DNA from: Botryllus schlosseri
Taxonomy: Eukaryota
NCBI GenBank assembly: GCA_051294905.1
Contig: CM119385.1
Location: 14,632,001 to 14,696,000, forward strand
Direction: 5' to 3'
DNA: 64,000 bases
Part shown: positions 13,270 through 27,700 of the stretch, piece by piece
Numbering within the stretch: position 1 is the stretch's first letter
How the letters are laid out: each line of letters opens with the position of its first letter
Position numbers and translations under genes: made by a program
The notes under the pieces: model-generated
What the model was told of the DNA's origin: nothing
What the model saw: only the letters and a program-made list of their open reading frames with translations
Database searches by the model: none

Positions 13270-14590
13270 TTGTTACCGATATACAGATCTAGCAAACCAG
13301 CGAATGCGATCTTAGAATAATGTACCACTGCGCTCACCACCTCATTAATCAATACTTAGGAATAGTAAAGGTCTATAAATAATTTTCATCGCGACTCCCT
13401 GTACAGCACAAAATCTACGCCGTACTTCTCTAACACACTATGCTATGCACAAACGCAAATCAAGTAAAATATATGGTATGCCTCACCAATGGCGAATTCC
13501 TTACCCAATAACCAATTGGATTAGATAGTTTGCTAGCTACTCCATGATGAGCCGTGAAAAATCGGTGTAAAATTCTAGCACAAGACGTCATTGAGAAGTG
13601 TCTATCAGGGCCCACAATTCTGAGACATGTTCTTTTAAAATTATTTTACAATCTCTTCATCCGAGTTTCTTTTATAATTTTGTTATATTCATCTCGTCGG
13701 CGGGCCCGCTTTCAATCTGGGCTTTTGTAAGATACCGCTTACGAAAACCGGATGGCCGCCAGTTCGAATAAGTTATCGCTTCAAAATTGACCTCTTTCTA
13801 ATTACCGGGCCTTACGTAGACTGTTATTTCTGCGGTGTACGTAGAGTATACACGCATGCCGATCGTGGAATATTGTTTGGTGTACTTTCAATACTTATCA
13901 TTTTCGACGGAAATGCGTGTAAGTAATGTTTGTCACATCTTGGAGCTTTACCGTCGCGCCGTAACACCGATTCTTCTTTCATTAACACTTATCTGATCTA
14001 ATGCATCTCCTAATTATATCGATGGGATTTAGAGATACTAAGTGAAAGCAGTCGATAATCGACGCGGCTCAGACGGGGCAAAACCGCCACCAATACATCA
14101 ATGCGATGTTAGATGGCATGTTAAAAATGGCTACACTTCATGACTATAATGCTGTTGAGAAACGGTGGCAAAGTTCGATATCGAAAGAAAGATTGCAATA
14201 TGTCATTTAACCGCGATAAATTTCTATTCCTCAAGCTGTACGCCTGCCGGCCGAAGATGGGATGACATCATACCACATATATGCCAGCAATCCTCTTTCC
14301 TATTTTATCACAACATATACTTTCATCAGGATACGGCTGTATCGATCCAAGATTGTGGTCAGGAGGTCAGGCCACTGTTTATCGTTCGTTAGGCAGTGTT
14401 TGGTCTAATCAACTCTATCGCGTTATAGTCAAGAAATCTATACAACAACATCAGCACAAATATTTTAGAAATTCCTGTACGATTCATAACTATTGGTCAT
14501 AGATGACTGATGAGTGGGTGATATGATTTGACAAACGGAAATTCATGGAAATTATGACAGGATCCCGATATGAAGACGGTCGGCCAGCGC

Positions 14591-14871
14591 GCGGCGAGAT
14601 ACCGTAGTGTTATAACCTACAGCTGCAACTCCAATATAGGATGTGGGTTCGAGTCCGACCGAGAACGACTCCAGAATTGCTGCTGTTAGAGGTTTATCTA
14701 GGCTCCTCCACGCCATCTCATCAGCGTTAGCGGCGTCCTAAAAAGCTTGGAAGTGGGCCGTCCTTGAAGTCGGCAGCTAGGGAATCAAAAATAAGGAATA
14801 TCGGCCTGGTGTAAATGCCCACCGTAGCCGACAAACACTATGAATAACACAAACAACAGACAACAACAACA
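14591..14871 (+). mobile_element. Full-length tRNA-derived SINE
   Basis: A/B boxes, core GAAGTGGGCCGT..AAGTCGGCAG, tail hairpin and (CAA)n end; 15-bp TSD ACGGTCG(G/A)CCAGCGC at 14576-14590 and 14872-14886. Confidence 0.92.
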
Positions 14872-15544
14872 ACGGTCGACCAGCGCAGTGACATCAGCCA
14901 GCGCTGCAGCATCATAAATGTGAATGGGCATGGGCTCGGCAGGTCAAACCTAGAATCGCCCTGACGGTGGTGGAGGTTGATATCCATCCAATGTTCCTGT
15001 AAGTGGAAACTTGCAAAAGCCTTTATAGTGGAGGCTAACTATATGTCAGAAGATCAGGAATCATATCATATAGTACGCACCGCGGCTTACTGGTGTTGTA
15101 TGGCCACGACATGACTATACCAAACCTCAATAAACCCCGTCACCTCCCTTCATGTCCAATGTCCATTGTGGAGGTATTGACCCTTGTGCAGAATCAGTTA
15201 CTTTGTGCCAGGCACAAATATTCTCTCATTTTGTCTTATTTAGTTACTAAGGCAAGTTCATGATATTGCAGTATGCATAATATTTCAGACCATGTAATAC
15301 ATTGCTTTAGTACTGACCATGGCAGTGGTTCCCAAACTTTTTCAGCTTGTTGTACATTAGAAAAATCCCGCGTCACACTTACAAGAAAAAAGGGTGTTTT
15401 TTATCTCCAAGTGTTAATGCGATGGATGTGGGTATTCATAAGAACAGAACATATTCTATTGGTCGAGCTTGCATTGTTGACAAACATACCCGCGTATGAT
15501 GAATTACAATCAGTCGCCTTCGTTTACATGTCCTAATTGCAGTT

Positions 15545-15720
15545 GGATCGGAAAAGCCATGGCAACATAATTTTTATTGCTTTTTGCACTGATCATGGAA
15601 TAGCATTTGGAACAGACTTAAAGTTCATCAAATTTGTTTTGTGGAAACAGCGACGCTTTATTATGATTCCGTATCTGCCGACTTGTTGCACGGCCCACTT
15701 CTAGGCTTTTGTAAGACAGT
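15545..15720 (-). mobile_element. SINE core fragment joined to a different 3' sequence
   Basis: The reverse complement reads GTCTTACAAAAGCCTAGAAGTGGGCCGTGCAACAAGTCGGCAGATACGGAATC and then diverges from the usual tail. The distal boundary is approximate. Confidence 0.6.
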
Positions 15721-18700
15721 AGATATACAATGCGATGAAAGAGTTATCGCTAACTAGAATTTTCAACCACACATTTCGCGACAAATTAGTCAAACATGCG
15801 TTTCTCGAATGTTTGCAATTTTCCGATTGAAGTACAAACACATGTCTGGCAGGTTTTGAGGTTAAACGCGAATTTAAGAGTAGTTTCTCCGTCGATGTGC
15901 GTACTATACTCATGACGAACGATATGGAGAATGTTTAGCATCCTTCTTCAACCTTGTATGCGGAATGTTTGGCGCTCGTGATGAACTTAAACAGGCGATC
16001 ACAGGCCACCACATTTTGACATGTTCATCCAATATGCGGCAAGTGTGTAATTACCCGGGGAATCGTGATCAGACGCATCAGTTAAAAGCAGGAGTGTGTT
16101 ATGTTCCTTATCGCGTGACCACCATATAAATGTATTGCTTTGGAATTCTCAGAATACGGGGAATAACACCAGTATGATTCTCGCTAATTCTACGCCTGCT
16201 ATTCTTGCAATTCGCAACAATATAGATATTGACGATAAGATATTTATCGTTGCTGAACAATTTATTACTGATAATCTAGTGGTGTGCCTAGTGCGCGAGG
16301 CATATTAACCCCTTCAACTTAGTTCGTGATCTCACGTCATGGATTCCTCTAATTAATATCCATATGGTGCACGTGCAGTTAATTTTCAATGTATTTTTTA
16401 ACAGAACGCATTACGTACCATGTCAGAACTTAATGGGTGATAAGCGCCACCAAACATTTTAAAATACTAATAATAATAAGACTTCTCGAGCATTCGCATG
16501 CACGATTCTCAGCAGCAAAGAAGCGAATGACGGATTCAAATACGAGAAAGTGCTCCAGAAACTGTTTGAACGACAACAATAAGCTAGACATCATAGACAG
16601 ACCAAGATTGTCAGGCCTTATGAGACAACATGCACCTTACGATAGGTCCTGCTATAGTGTAAGATCCAATTTCATGCTGAAATGACGTGGCCTGCGTTCA
16701 ATTCATTGTATGTACCATACTTATTACATTATCCACCCAGGGAGGAAGGTAAGGTTCGGTCCCAGCGTCCAACCTGTGCAAACAGTTTGTTTATCGGATC
16801 CCTCTGGTAACAGTTATATTATTTAATTTTAAATTAATATCACTCGGCGCATGACTCAATACATAAACAACACTGAATACACACTTTACCTGTCCATAAA
16901 TCAGGTTTTTATGATGCTTAGTCCTTTCCATCACTCCGTAGCGCGATTTCTAAAAGGTTGAGTTGATTTTGTGCATATCAAGTGACGAAATCAGAATCGA
17001 GCAGTGTTGGTGCAAAGAAATCGCTACCGTCTGTCTGAGGGGACAGAGGCTTGAGATGACTCTCATAACGGCATATGATTGTCCCCAACATTGTCATCAA
17101 CAGAATCTATCCTATCCCTTAAAATGCTAGTAAATTGTAACAGGGCTTCTTAGCGATAACTTGACGCGGGGACTTACGACAACTTAAGTTAGGATCGAGC
17201 ATTTTCGTCATTTTACGGATTTGCATGGGCTTCAATTACAAGAATTGCTTCGTCTGAAACCGGAGTTTTTTGACCTTAATAATAATAATATCATAATTTA
17301 TAGAGCGCCGAATATAACAATATATCATTACTACACTAAGGCGCTGTACATAAAAGGCAATAAAATATAAAAGTAAACGATATGTATAAAAGACGAAGTG
17401 CATAGTTGTAGGGCGGAATGAACACTACTCTAGTTCGAACGCTCGTGTGAATAAAACGGTCTTGATTTTGCGTTTGAAAACATATAGCGAGTCACATAGT
17501 CTGATAGAAAATGTAAGATTGTTTTGATCTACTTTGAATCTCCGATTATACTTTCAACCTACTTGTGTAATGCCATTTTTCAATATCTTATGTCAGTAAT
17601 ATGTAGTTTAGCCATGAAGTTGTTACATGACCTGAAGATGTTGTCAAAGTATAGTTCAAATAAATATCAGTGAAAAGCTTTAATCTAGTCGCTCCTCGAT
17701 TCACAAATGTCAGTTGATTAACATTTGCAAACGAATGTATAAATAGATTCGCAAGGGAACAAAGATGAGGTAAAATCAGATAATAATCGCACCAAAAATA
17801 GCCCGATATCACCCGCCCCTTTCACGAAGAGAATTGACCATATTGTCACGCGCATTTTAACAGGCAAGAACCAATCCTAGATTTTAACGCGAGGTGGAAG
17901 ATATGGGTAGCGAATCTAGTATTGATAACTAGCTGATGAAAATGTGGGGGAGGCGAAGTTTTCAAAACAATAACATGCCCCCTTTAACCCTATGAATATA
18001 CGCCACTGGGAGATTATGAGAAACAGAGGGGCAAAAATAACAAAGGGGCGATTGGGGGCCAAAACGTACGAGGGGCGCGATAGGAGGCGAACATGTTTGA
18101 ATGTTCAGTCAGATATGTTTAATTACCCGGTAACCGGCACAAAATACGCGGGGAAAACGGGTTATTCTGGAACTGCCGCAAAAGTTGACTAAAATGGTTA
18201 ACTCGCTGCAAACTATCCTCAGATACTGGGATCGCCGCGAAAAGGTTGACCTTTTACCAGCGAGCAGTGTCAGCTGTATAAATTCCCCGTTTCTATGTCC
18301 TATATCTGAGATCCGGCAATATGGGGGAGGCGCGATAAATTAATGTCGATATTGATAAGGGGCGATGTTTTATAAAAGGTTGGGGACCACTGCTGAGAGT
18401 GAAAACCCGAAAAAAATTAATCGATGTGAGTCGGTCACATTATATCACATGAAATCTGTAGTCTTTATATAATCGTAAATAGACGATTCCATATCAATAC
18501 CGAACATTGTTCTGCTCTAAATAATAAAAGCGTCCTCTCGCAGTCGCAGTCTTTGTCCCTAGTCACATGATTACCATAATTCCTTCTCAATAAAGTCCGA
18601 TTTATGTTTGGACTCATCGGATTGCGACTTAAAGAGGGAAGACAGAGGTTGACAGAGTTTTGGCCGAAAATATTCGGGTTCATTTCAATATGAATATACT

Positions 18701-20993
18701 ATTCGGACAGGAAGTTAGGAGCGAATCATCGGGGATATTCACATATTGTGGGCAAACAGGTTTTGATTGATTGCTTGCAATAAAAGCATCGATTGCGCGA
18801 GCCAATCGCTCGCTAAAAGGTATAATAATATCACACTTGAATAGTTTATGAAAGTTTGTATATTCAATTATTATCTATGCATGACACGTGCGCCCATTCA
18901 AGAAAACGGTATGTTGAGTTATATACCGTTATGGTACGTAACTTCAGTGGCGTCTCGCATGTGGATATTGCAGTCCGGTCCAAATTGACTATAAAGGATT
19001 CAACCCATACCTGCTAATTCAATGTCTTTCTTGTATGCTATCTATACTGCATGTAATATCACCCACTCCACTCTAATCGCGTATACACAAGGCCGCAGAT
19101 AGATGATATTATTATAGATATTTTACACAAGGGATTTGATATGCTACAACACATTGTGACCGTTTTTTAATCATTTTCGTCGGTGATTACAGCAATTTGG
19201 AAAGCGATATTTGCCCGCCTCAAACCGCAGTTCTAATTACATTTCCAGATATGAATACGTTTTTAAGTAATCTCTTTGGGATTGCGGCAGTTTCAAGGAA
19301 CGCACCGAGAAATCGTTCGATTTCCGGAAATTACAACACCTTCTTACCTCGCATCGTGAGCGGAGGTTGGCAATGAGATTATTACTGGATAATAGCCCAC
19401 ACACCAATTAGACGTAAGGAAGGAAAGTCCCCCTGGAATTCAATGGTCAATAAAGTAAATGTAACTCTTTGGCGCGATTAACGCAACTATTCAATAACAT
19501 GACGCAAGGCAATGTGTATTTAAACGTACGCTCAATATTCAATAAACAATCCCTCAAATCATATACTCAACGGGGAAGGAGAGACTATTTACTTGCCAAA
19601 ATCCAGTCTGGAGATATTTTCCAGAGGCAACGTTGAAGTTAATTACATAGTAAATATGGAAATAAATAAGGTTGCATGCAAAAATGTTGTTAACGAGAGC
19701 CTTGATTTAGACTCGGTGTTTCAAATGCATTTGTTTTAACCACAATTCGAAAAATAACAATGATATGAGTTGAAGAACTAGTAGACACATGTGGAGAAAA
19801 CAATAAAGATCCTACCTACAGACACTATAGATGCTATACTTTTCTTTTATGTGACCGTATCAGAATGGCGTTGAACATTCGCTATGACGTTATACACTCA
19901 ATTCAAACCGACACCTTCATCACATTTGCGGCTTTCGAAATTATTCTGTTATTCACGAGTGGCCGCCTTACAACGGATATTATTTTAATTGCTTCAAACG
20001 TGAAATTACAGTGCTAAGCATAAAACCCGTCGGAATGTATGTGCGGTCTGGTGCGGTCGCGAAATATTAATAGACATGTGTAAGTACTATGTCCAACAAA
20101 GGGAAGATAGTCACCGAGCAAATTGGTTCGACAATAATTTCGGATTTAGGTATTTTAAGATGCGTTAAGCAGAATGTTACGTAAAGTAGAATTCAATTAT
20201 ACGGCTTCGATATCAGCGATGATGACTATCTCCAGATCTACAGCATTTATATTCCCTATCTATTTTATCCCAATTTCATGATTTCAAACAATAGATAATG
20301 TGCAATAAATCAGACAGCTCCCAAGTATTCAATTGAAACACGGAGGAAAACATACAGTGCTTTTCTGGTGCCCAAGAAAGATGCAAAATATGCGGACACC
20401 AAATATTCTATAGGTTTTGTTTTGTTACAGTCACACATCGTCGCATACTGTGCTTCCAACAAATCATTGAAGTCAGCCGACAAGACACTGGCCAGTGGCC
20501 AACTGGCCATATACGTGCGTGTTCATTTGCGCTCGGGTTATTCTTACTGCAGTTTTACGTCAATACACGATATCACGTACGCTATCACGAACTAACGTCA
20601 TGTAAAACTACACAGCGGTTGCCCGAATAATGAGAAATATATAATACAATTACTTTGTTTTGTATAAGCACAGGATGATGCTCCACACAACAACGGTGAA
20701 ATTCCTTCTTAATTGCCTGTTATATTCCAGTGACAACATTCGAAAGCGCTGTGTCAATGACCTTCATTCGAAAACCTGATTGTAATATATTGAGTAGGCT
20801 TTTTTTCAGTGGGTGTATGTCCTAGCTATTGACATCAAATCCACTACGATATTTTGATAGTACGTTTGTACGGCAGGAAGGATCAGAACATGGTAACTGA
20901 TACCTTGTGAATGTTGTCGACGGTCAAATTCCGTTTAGTCGCGAAAGTGTCGGTGGAGTTTTCGTAAGAAGCTTTATTTGCCGAGATGCCATC

Positions 20994-21026
20994 CGGGGCC
21001 TACGATACTAAGTATCGTAGGCCCCG
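20994..21026. mobile_element. 33-bp palindromic mini-insertion
   Basis: CGGGGCCTACGATACT-A-AGTATCGTAGGCCCCG; 7-bp flanks TGCCATC / TGCCACC. Confidence 0.7.
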
Positions 21027-21127
21027 TGCCACCTATAAATTACATTGTGTCGGCATGCGCAAAATGACTCAGTAAGGGCACTACTGCAAATATGAGCAAC
21101 GTTCGGAAATACATTCAGTTATGAATT

Positions 21128-21645
21128 TAGGGCTGGGCACGATGATTCGAGTACTCGAATCTGAATCGAGTATTAATTTTAATGATTCGAGTCGAGTAGT
21201 AAAAGACGATTTTTTCGAGTACTGACATAATACACTCCTCGCAACTGAAAGTTTATTTACTAACGAGAATTATAGTTTGGATACTATTTTATACTGAGGA
21301 AGCCGTGATGAAACCTTGATGGGCCGTGTCGCAGCATACGAGACATAGTACCAAGCTACGAATAGTACTGGAAATAACACATTTACGAAGTCATGATCAT
21401 CCCAGAACATTGTCAAGAAGTGCCATGAAATCGGTATGGTCGAAAAAATACCAAAGTATCTTTAATGTGAAGGAGAACAGGCATTGTGTTCTTTGTGGTG
21501 GCATAAAAGGAACATATTTCGACTTTGATATAGTATATTCTATTGTGACGTCATAATGAGTGATACTCGATTACTCGACTCGACTCGAAGCGTAATACGT
21601 GATTCAGAATCGAATCACTAAGATACTCGATTTTGCCCAGCCCTT
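21128..21645. mobile_element. MITE with GATTCGAGT/ACTCGA arrays
   Basis: TIR TAGGGCTGGGCA / TGCCCAGCCCT; TSD only partly conserved. Confidence 0.75.
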
Positions 21646-21749
21646 ATGATACACGGGCTATTTCACCAAGTTCAACAATCTCGGTCACAAAAGCGAACCA
21701 AACAGACATATTCCCAAACTATACTTTCCACTTCTAACAACATATACAC

Positions 21750-22931
21750 CAAGGGTGGGCAAACTACGGCCCGCGGGCCGAATGCGACCCGCAACACCGT
21801 TCTGTGCGGCCCGCGAGAGTCTAAAGAAGCTAATTAAAAATATTAATAAAATGCGTAATAAAAATCGAAATAATGAAGGGATTTGATTTAACTTTTTCTT
21901 AGTAGATGTCACCATTATAATTCTAAAGCAGTGGTTCTCAAACTGGGGGTGGGTGGGGGTGAAAGCGTCTGAAGGGGAGCACGAAGCTGTGCTCAACTGA
22001 AAATTTTTCTTGTGCTCGGCGCGATTTACATCCAATTCAAAATGATTGCTCTGTATTTAATCTGAATTTCATATTTAAAAATGTCACATCAACAGTCGTA
22101 ACCTTACATGCCATCAAACTATCCGTTAGGTTTGCTAGCATCGTGGTTGCGTTTTGTGACATGACGATAAGGGGGCACGGAATCTTTCACCATCATAAGG
22201 TGGGGGGGGGGGGGCGTGTCTTAAAAAGTTTAAGAACCGCTGTTCTAAGGTAAATACTTCCTATGCTATTTTTTAAGTTTAATTTCTGGCGCAACAGCCC
22301 GATCTCAAGGCCCGCGCAACTTGAACGGTTTCAACTGCTAAACATCACAGAAATCCTAAACGAGATTGATATAATACGGATCACGAGTGTGATTTCAGAT
22401 TGACCACTCCAATTTTAATTATGTAGGTAATGTGCTTATAAAAAAAACGATTCGCGCGTGTCTTAGATTCGTTCTCTGTATGGGTAGAATTAGGGTATTT
22501 ATACTTTCTCTACACATTAGAAGCGTGTTGGAAGCTAACATGGTTATGATGCTGCCAGCATTATGTGTCCTGGAACTGAACCAAAAGTGGAATTAGTAAA
22601 TCTAAGAACAGATCTCTGCTCACAGATTTAAATTTCAATCCTGTTCTAACAATCGGGACAGCCGATTTTCATCTCTATAGTTTTGACAAATTGGTTATTG
22701 AAGTCGACCAGTCTACGAAATCTCGCCACTGTTTCTGACACGTATACGATATCATGAAATGCAATGTTTGGTTTATTCTAAATAAGCATATATATTATCT
22801 CCATGTCCTCATTATATAGTCAAATACCAATATTGCGTTTTGGTTTATAATCCCAATTTTATATAGTGCGACCCGCAGATGGATTCAGATGTTGAATGCG
22901 ACCCGCGAGCTCAAAAGTTTGCCCACCCCTA
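21750..22931. mobile_element. hAT-type element (GCGACCCGC/GGCCCGCG motifs)
   Basis: CAAGGGTGGGCAAAC / GTTTGCCCACCCCTA; TSD ATATACAC / GTATACAC (7/8). Confidence 0.82.
21929..22242. mobile_element. hAT-type MITE nested in 21750-22931
   Basis: CAGTGGTTCTCAAAC / TTAAGAACCGCTG; TSD TTCTAAAG / TTCTAAGG (7/8). A partial copy of its left end starts at 10092. Confidence 0.8.
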
Positions 22932-24753
22932 GTATACACTCTACACACAGTAAGTAGTTTTGACGAAAAAACTCGTAGGAGTCGTGTAACAATACAACCT
23001 CTTGAGTAAGTATTTCAAGTATCCTAGACGTATTTGAGTAACCCGAAAAAGTAGTACTTCTTTACTGACAATCATATTGCGGTATACGCTCATCGTTTGT
23101 TAAGACTTCTCAATATTAGGCGGCATTCGTATCCTAAAGTAGAACAATATAGTCATAGTATAAATTAATCTACAAATGGTACCGCGCTACAAGTTTCAGG
23201 GTTTGCATCATATCTTAAGTGGTTTGACAACTGACATAGCTGACATCAATGTTTGTAATATTTTCAAATGAAGTTACAACAGTTCGAAGTTAGATGTTAT
23301 TTCCGTGCTTTGAAACTGCTTCAACAAAGGTCAGGCATCGCCGTTATTATTCGATTGTTGAAAACGCGTAGTACGATAGGCCCATATCTGTTTATTTAAA
23401 AGTGACGCACTGCTTTCATTTGCATAGACATGCAAAACGTATCAGTTACCCGACATTCATTTGTAATGAAAATAAATGCCTTTCTTAGAAGATGATTCAA
23501 TTATGATGCAACATGTCAATTAGTCGTTGGCGAAACATTTAATATTTTGCGAAAGTGCTTTCGGTACCCAAGGTACTATGCGATAAAATCAGAGGCCACG
23601 TGAAGGTATTTATTTGAATTCATGACGCGTTAATGACATTTGACATAAACAACCATTACTACCTGATGCAAACTATCAGCCAGTCGTATTATTCAAGATT
23701 GATAAACCTGGATATGAATAAACTGCATGTGGTTGACTATGCGCAGTATCACATCATTAAAATAATTTTCATAGTTTTCGTGCAGAGATCGTTTAATTAT
23801 TATGATGCAATTTGTCTTCGGGTAAATTTTATTGTAGGCATTGAAAATTTGATTCCACGTATTGGAAAGCTGTCGAAAAGTGCTGGGATCAACATACAGA
23901 TATAGTTCCCACTTGAAATAAAACAAGAACACCGACATTCAAGCAAAACAATGCAACCAACATCTTTGAAATATTCTTGCAAACTTTCTTCAGAATTGCA
24001 ATAACGGATGTGGTACATCGATCTTTTTAACGGATGTCATTTCCCTGTTGTGATTCCTGTATGTATATGTCTAATTGTCTATGCAACTCCGGTATTATGT
24101 ATAATAGACTCATCTCCTAAACTTTCACAATTTTCAAGATGGAATCAGTATGAATCCAAGTCATGTGTTACATGCCGATAATGCCATGCGGCTCTCTGAT
24201 TATGGTCATTTGTGAGAGAAGACTGTCGACCACACCTGAGATTGCGCTCTGACAATTGACTTACTCTGTAGAGTGGATCGCTCCAGTTAAGACCCAATGT
24301 TCCAAAACTTTCCTAACAAATACACCCTAAGAGACAGACGCGAAAACAGTTATTGATGCGGGAGTTAGCAGTTAGTGGTGACCATAAGCGCCTCTCACCC
24401 GAGTTCAATTCCACGTCTTACGGCGACAAAAGAAGCTGAAAGAACGCGCACACATCCACGCAAGGAATGGAAAGAGTAAGAATGAGCCGCGGGAAAGACA
24501 TTAACATCGAAAAAGAACTGTGACATCGGGCATTAGGTTGAGGTGGATCTGTTCATTATATCGCTTATCGCATTGTACATTGTGTGTGTCTTGACCAGAT
24601 GAAAATATAACCTGACCAGGTTATTATTCGAAGTTGGCGATGAATTTCTATTGTGACATAATCAGTATTGCTCACATATTGAATCTGTGAAGTGGTGGGC
24701 TGCATAATATTAATTAACCTTATGGATGTAGTCAGTATAGTCGGCAGCTTGAG

Positions 24754-24772
24754 CGGAATATCGTAGGCCCCG
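24754..24772. mobile_element. 19-bp internally deleted copy of the palindromic mini-insertion
   Basis: CGGAATATCGTAGGCCCCG flanked by an exact 7-bp direct repeat GCTTGAG (24747-24753, 24773-24779). Confidence 0.6.
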
Positions 24773-27700
24773 GCTTGAGTTTATCCACGTATGCGACATG
24801 TTGTTTCTATTCTGTTGAAATGGATATTAAAAACGATTTCATAAGTTTTTCGGGGATTAGCGAGCAGAGAAGTCTTGAGATCGTCTGTACCATGACCGCT
24901 TCTACGCGATCTCATCAATCAGTTATCTGCATATTTGCATAGTGTCTGGTGGATGTTAATGTACTCACGGAAGTTTTCACATCGCATACCACCGTCACTT
25001 GGAATGGAAAAAGGCTCTCAAGTTCGGAGAATGTGATGTCACACAATAGTTTATTTCATCGACTGTTTAATAAGATTTCGATGGAGACATTGATATAAAT
25101 GGCATTACACCGACGTATCAGCCCGTTGCGTCTATAGCATAATAAACCCTCACCACCGCAGCAAAATGTTATACAAATACGTAACGCTGAATAGACGTAT
25201 TAGTCGTTAATTTCCTAGTTAAAATAAACGAGATAAAACCCGCACGCAAACCGGTGCGAAATTAAAGTGGTGTGGTATAGCTGAGAATATCGCAAAAATC
25301 CCGTGACCATTTTCGTTCTCGTAGTAATATGAACTATAAGCGAATCTAATATTGGACGATATTTCTATTCCTATCTCATGGTATTACGATGCCAGAAACA
25401 ATAAATTTCGAAACTTCGTAAATTGTATAGACTGAATTTCCTGAAATCTGATCATGCGTTACTAGATACCAATCCAATTCTGAAAGTACAATTTTGGAAG
25501 AAAGAATAATAATATTTATACTGTGCCTGAATATGACTTGATTTGGCGATAACATTCACGAAACCATGCAGCCGCATTTCCGTAGTTCAATAAGGCTGTG
25601 TAGTTAATTGAACTATGTTTTTTTTAAATAACCGATTAGTGCATCAAGCAGAGTACATAACCATAGCGACCCCGCATCTCAGAGAATTTTGCTGATATCA
25701 TCTTGGTAGACTGTACACTGCACAGGATCGGCATCAATATGCTGCCGCCACATGCACATGAAGTATATATTAAAAATATTAAAATTCTGATATCAATAAG
25801 TTGAAAAGTGCTGGCAACAATATGAAGACATAGTCTCCATTTTAAAGAAAAAGGCGAAAATTACGTCAAAATGATACAATAAATAATAAAATCGACTTGG
25901 CAGAATTTACTCAGAAATGAAATTCGCCATGTCATACATTGTTCTTTTCAACGAATGTAATTTTCCCTTTGCGATTCTGCTGTCTATTAGGAAGTATTTT
26001 CACCAAATCTTAGAAACTTTCATAATTTCAAAATTGAGTCAGTATGATTCCAAATGCATGCGTTACATATACCGACCACACGATTCTCAGAAATTGGTCA
26101 GAGAAGCATTCGGAAAAATTTCATATTCGTTGGGTTATTAAAATAATAAAACATTCGCGTTAAGTTTCAGGAATACATTTTGCTAGCAGTTTCCGTGGTA
26201 TTGATGCGGTTACTTGGAATCCAATTGAAGGTGTTTCTGAAGCCCATTTTGGTTAAATTTAATTTCCTGTAATTAAATGTATCTTGTATTCAAATTTTGA
26301 ATGAGAACCTATACGAAATCAGCGTTGAGCTTTTGTGCAATTTAAAGCTCGAAAACGACGCAAAGACAGTTATTATAAGGAAAAATTACGGCATATGATT
26401 TTATAAACGGCGTCATCATATTTATAGGACATCACCAATAGACTCCCTGCACACTGAATCCTTGAGAGTTGAGACACTGGAAGTTTCCATGACATTTGCA
26501 ACATCAATCATTTTCAGATCTGCCTCCATCATAACATGTGAATGTCAATCAATGCGTTTATACGAGGAAATACGAAGGTGAAGTTGTTTCTTCGGTAATA
26601 AAGTTTCACAGCAGAGTAAGTATGTACGATTGTTCACACATTCTTCCGGGTCGTTTTATTTGCATAGAAATTCGACGTCTTCGTGTCAGTGTGGGTTGCG
26701 GCGTCTTGTTTCTGAGATATGTGATTTTCAACGTTTCTTGGCCGAGGAATCATGGTAAGTACTTTTCTTGCTGTTGGGGGGGACTATATCCGCATCTAAA
26801 TTTGTACAAGTTCGAGCCCCGCATATTTACGGATCCGAAAAACGGGGCAAATCAATGGGAAATTTATTCACCAAGTTCTGATCGCTGGCGAATTGACTAA
26901 AAAAGAAAGTTCATTTTCCGAGCAGGTTCTGGGACAACCGGTTTCTGCGTCTACTTTCCGTTGAGTTGACCTTTGTTTTAGTCAGCTTTCGCGTCTTGTG
27001 CTGAATAAGCCGTCTTGGCCTTCCTTTTCTTAGCGGTGCTAATTAAATATATCTCACTGGATGTTCTAACATTTTCTCAACCCGTCACCCCCCAATCTCC
27101 CCCTTTGATATTTTAGCCCCCTTGTTTCTCAAAATTGCCAACTGGGGGACGATATCGCCCAAGGGGGCAACCACTGTTATAGATTGTATTGGTAGTCAAC
27201 AAGGACCTGTGCACGGCTATTTGAGGCCATAACCATGAATCCATGGACCACGTGTGGCTTCGCGGACCAGTGTTAATGGGTCCGTGAAAGGCAAATGTTG
27301 ACTCTACAACTATAAAACTACATTGTCCTCATTTATAAGATATGTCATTCTTTTTGACGTTGTGCTTATTTTTTCATATTTTCAGTGCTCAGTTCGTACA
27401 ACAGGGACAATAGCCCGCCCCACGGACGATGCGAAAACTAATAATTGCACTTCAGCTGGTAATAAGACCGCGTGGCGATAGGTTGACGAAAGTGATGACA
27501 TTTTTTTATTACTTAGTCACCAGGTATCTTTTTAGGCATCAACCATAGACCAGGTGGCAATGAAGCCGTGATAAGGACGGGGCGAAAGTGATGACATATT
27601 TTAGTCTTGTTTTAAAATGTTAGTCTGCTGACTGCTCGGTGATCATATTTCAATCTCGAGTGGCAGTGTGGTTGTCCTTAACCCTATGAACAGATTTAGC

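Noticed and set aside
14281-14580. Kinase-like words SGGQATVY...VIVKK...FMEIMTG
   Set aside because: The frame has stops, lacks the alphaC Glu and the HRD/DFG motifs, and the spacing is off. It is not distinguishable from chance.
19499-19612. VYLNVRSIFNK resembling a CR1/L2 endonuclease start
   Set aside because: Only one short motif matches, and the following sequence does not give a convincing ETW motif.
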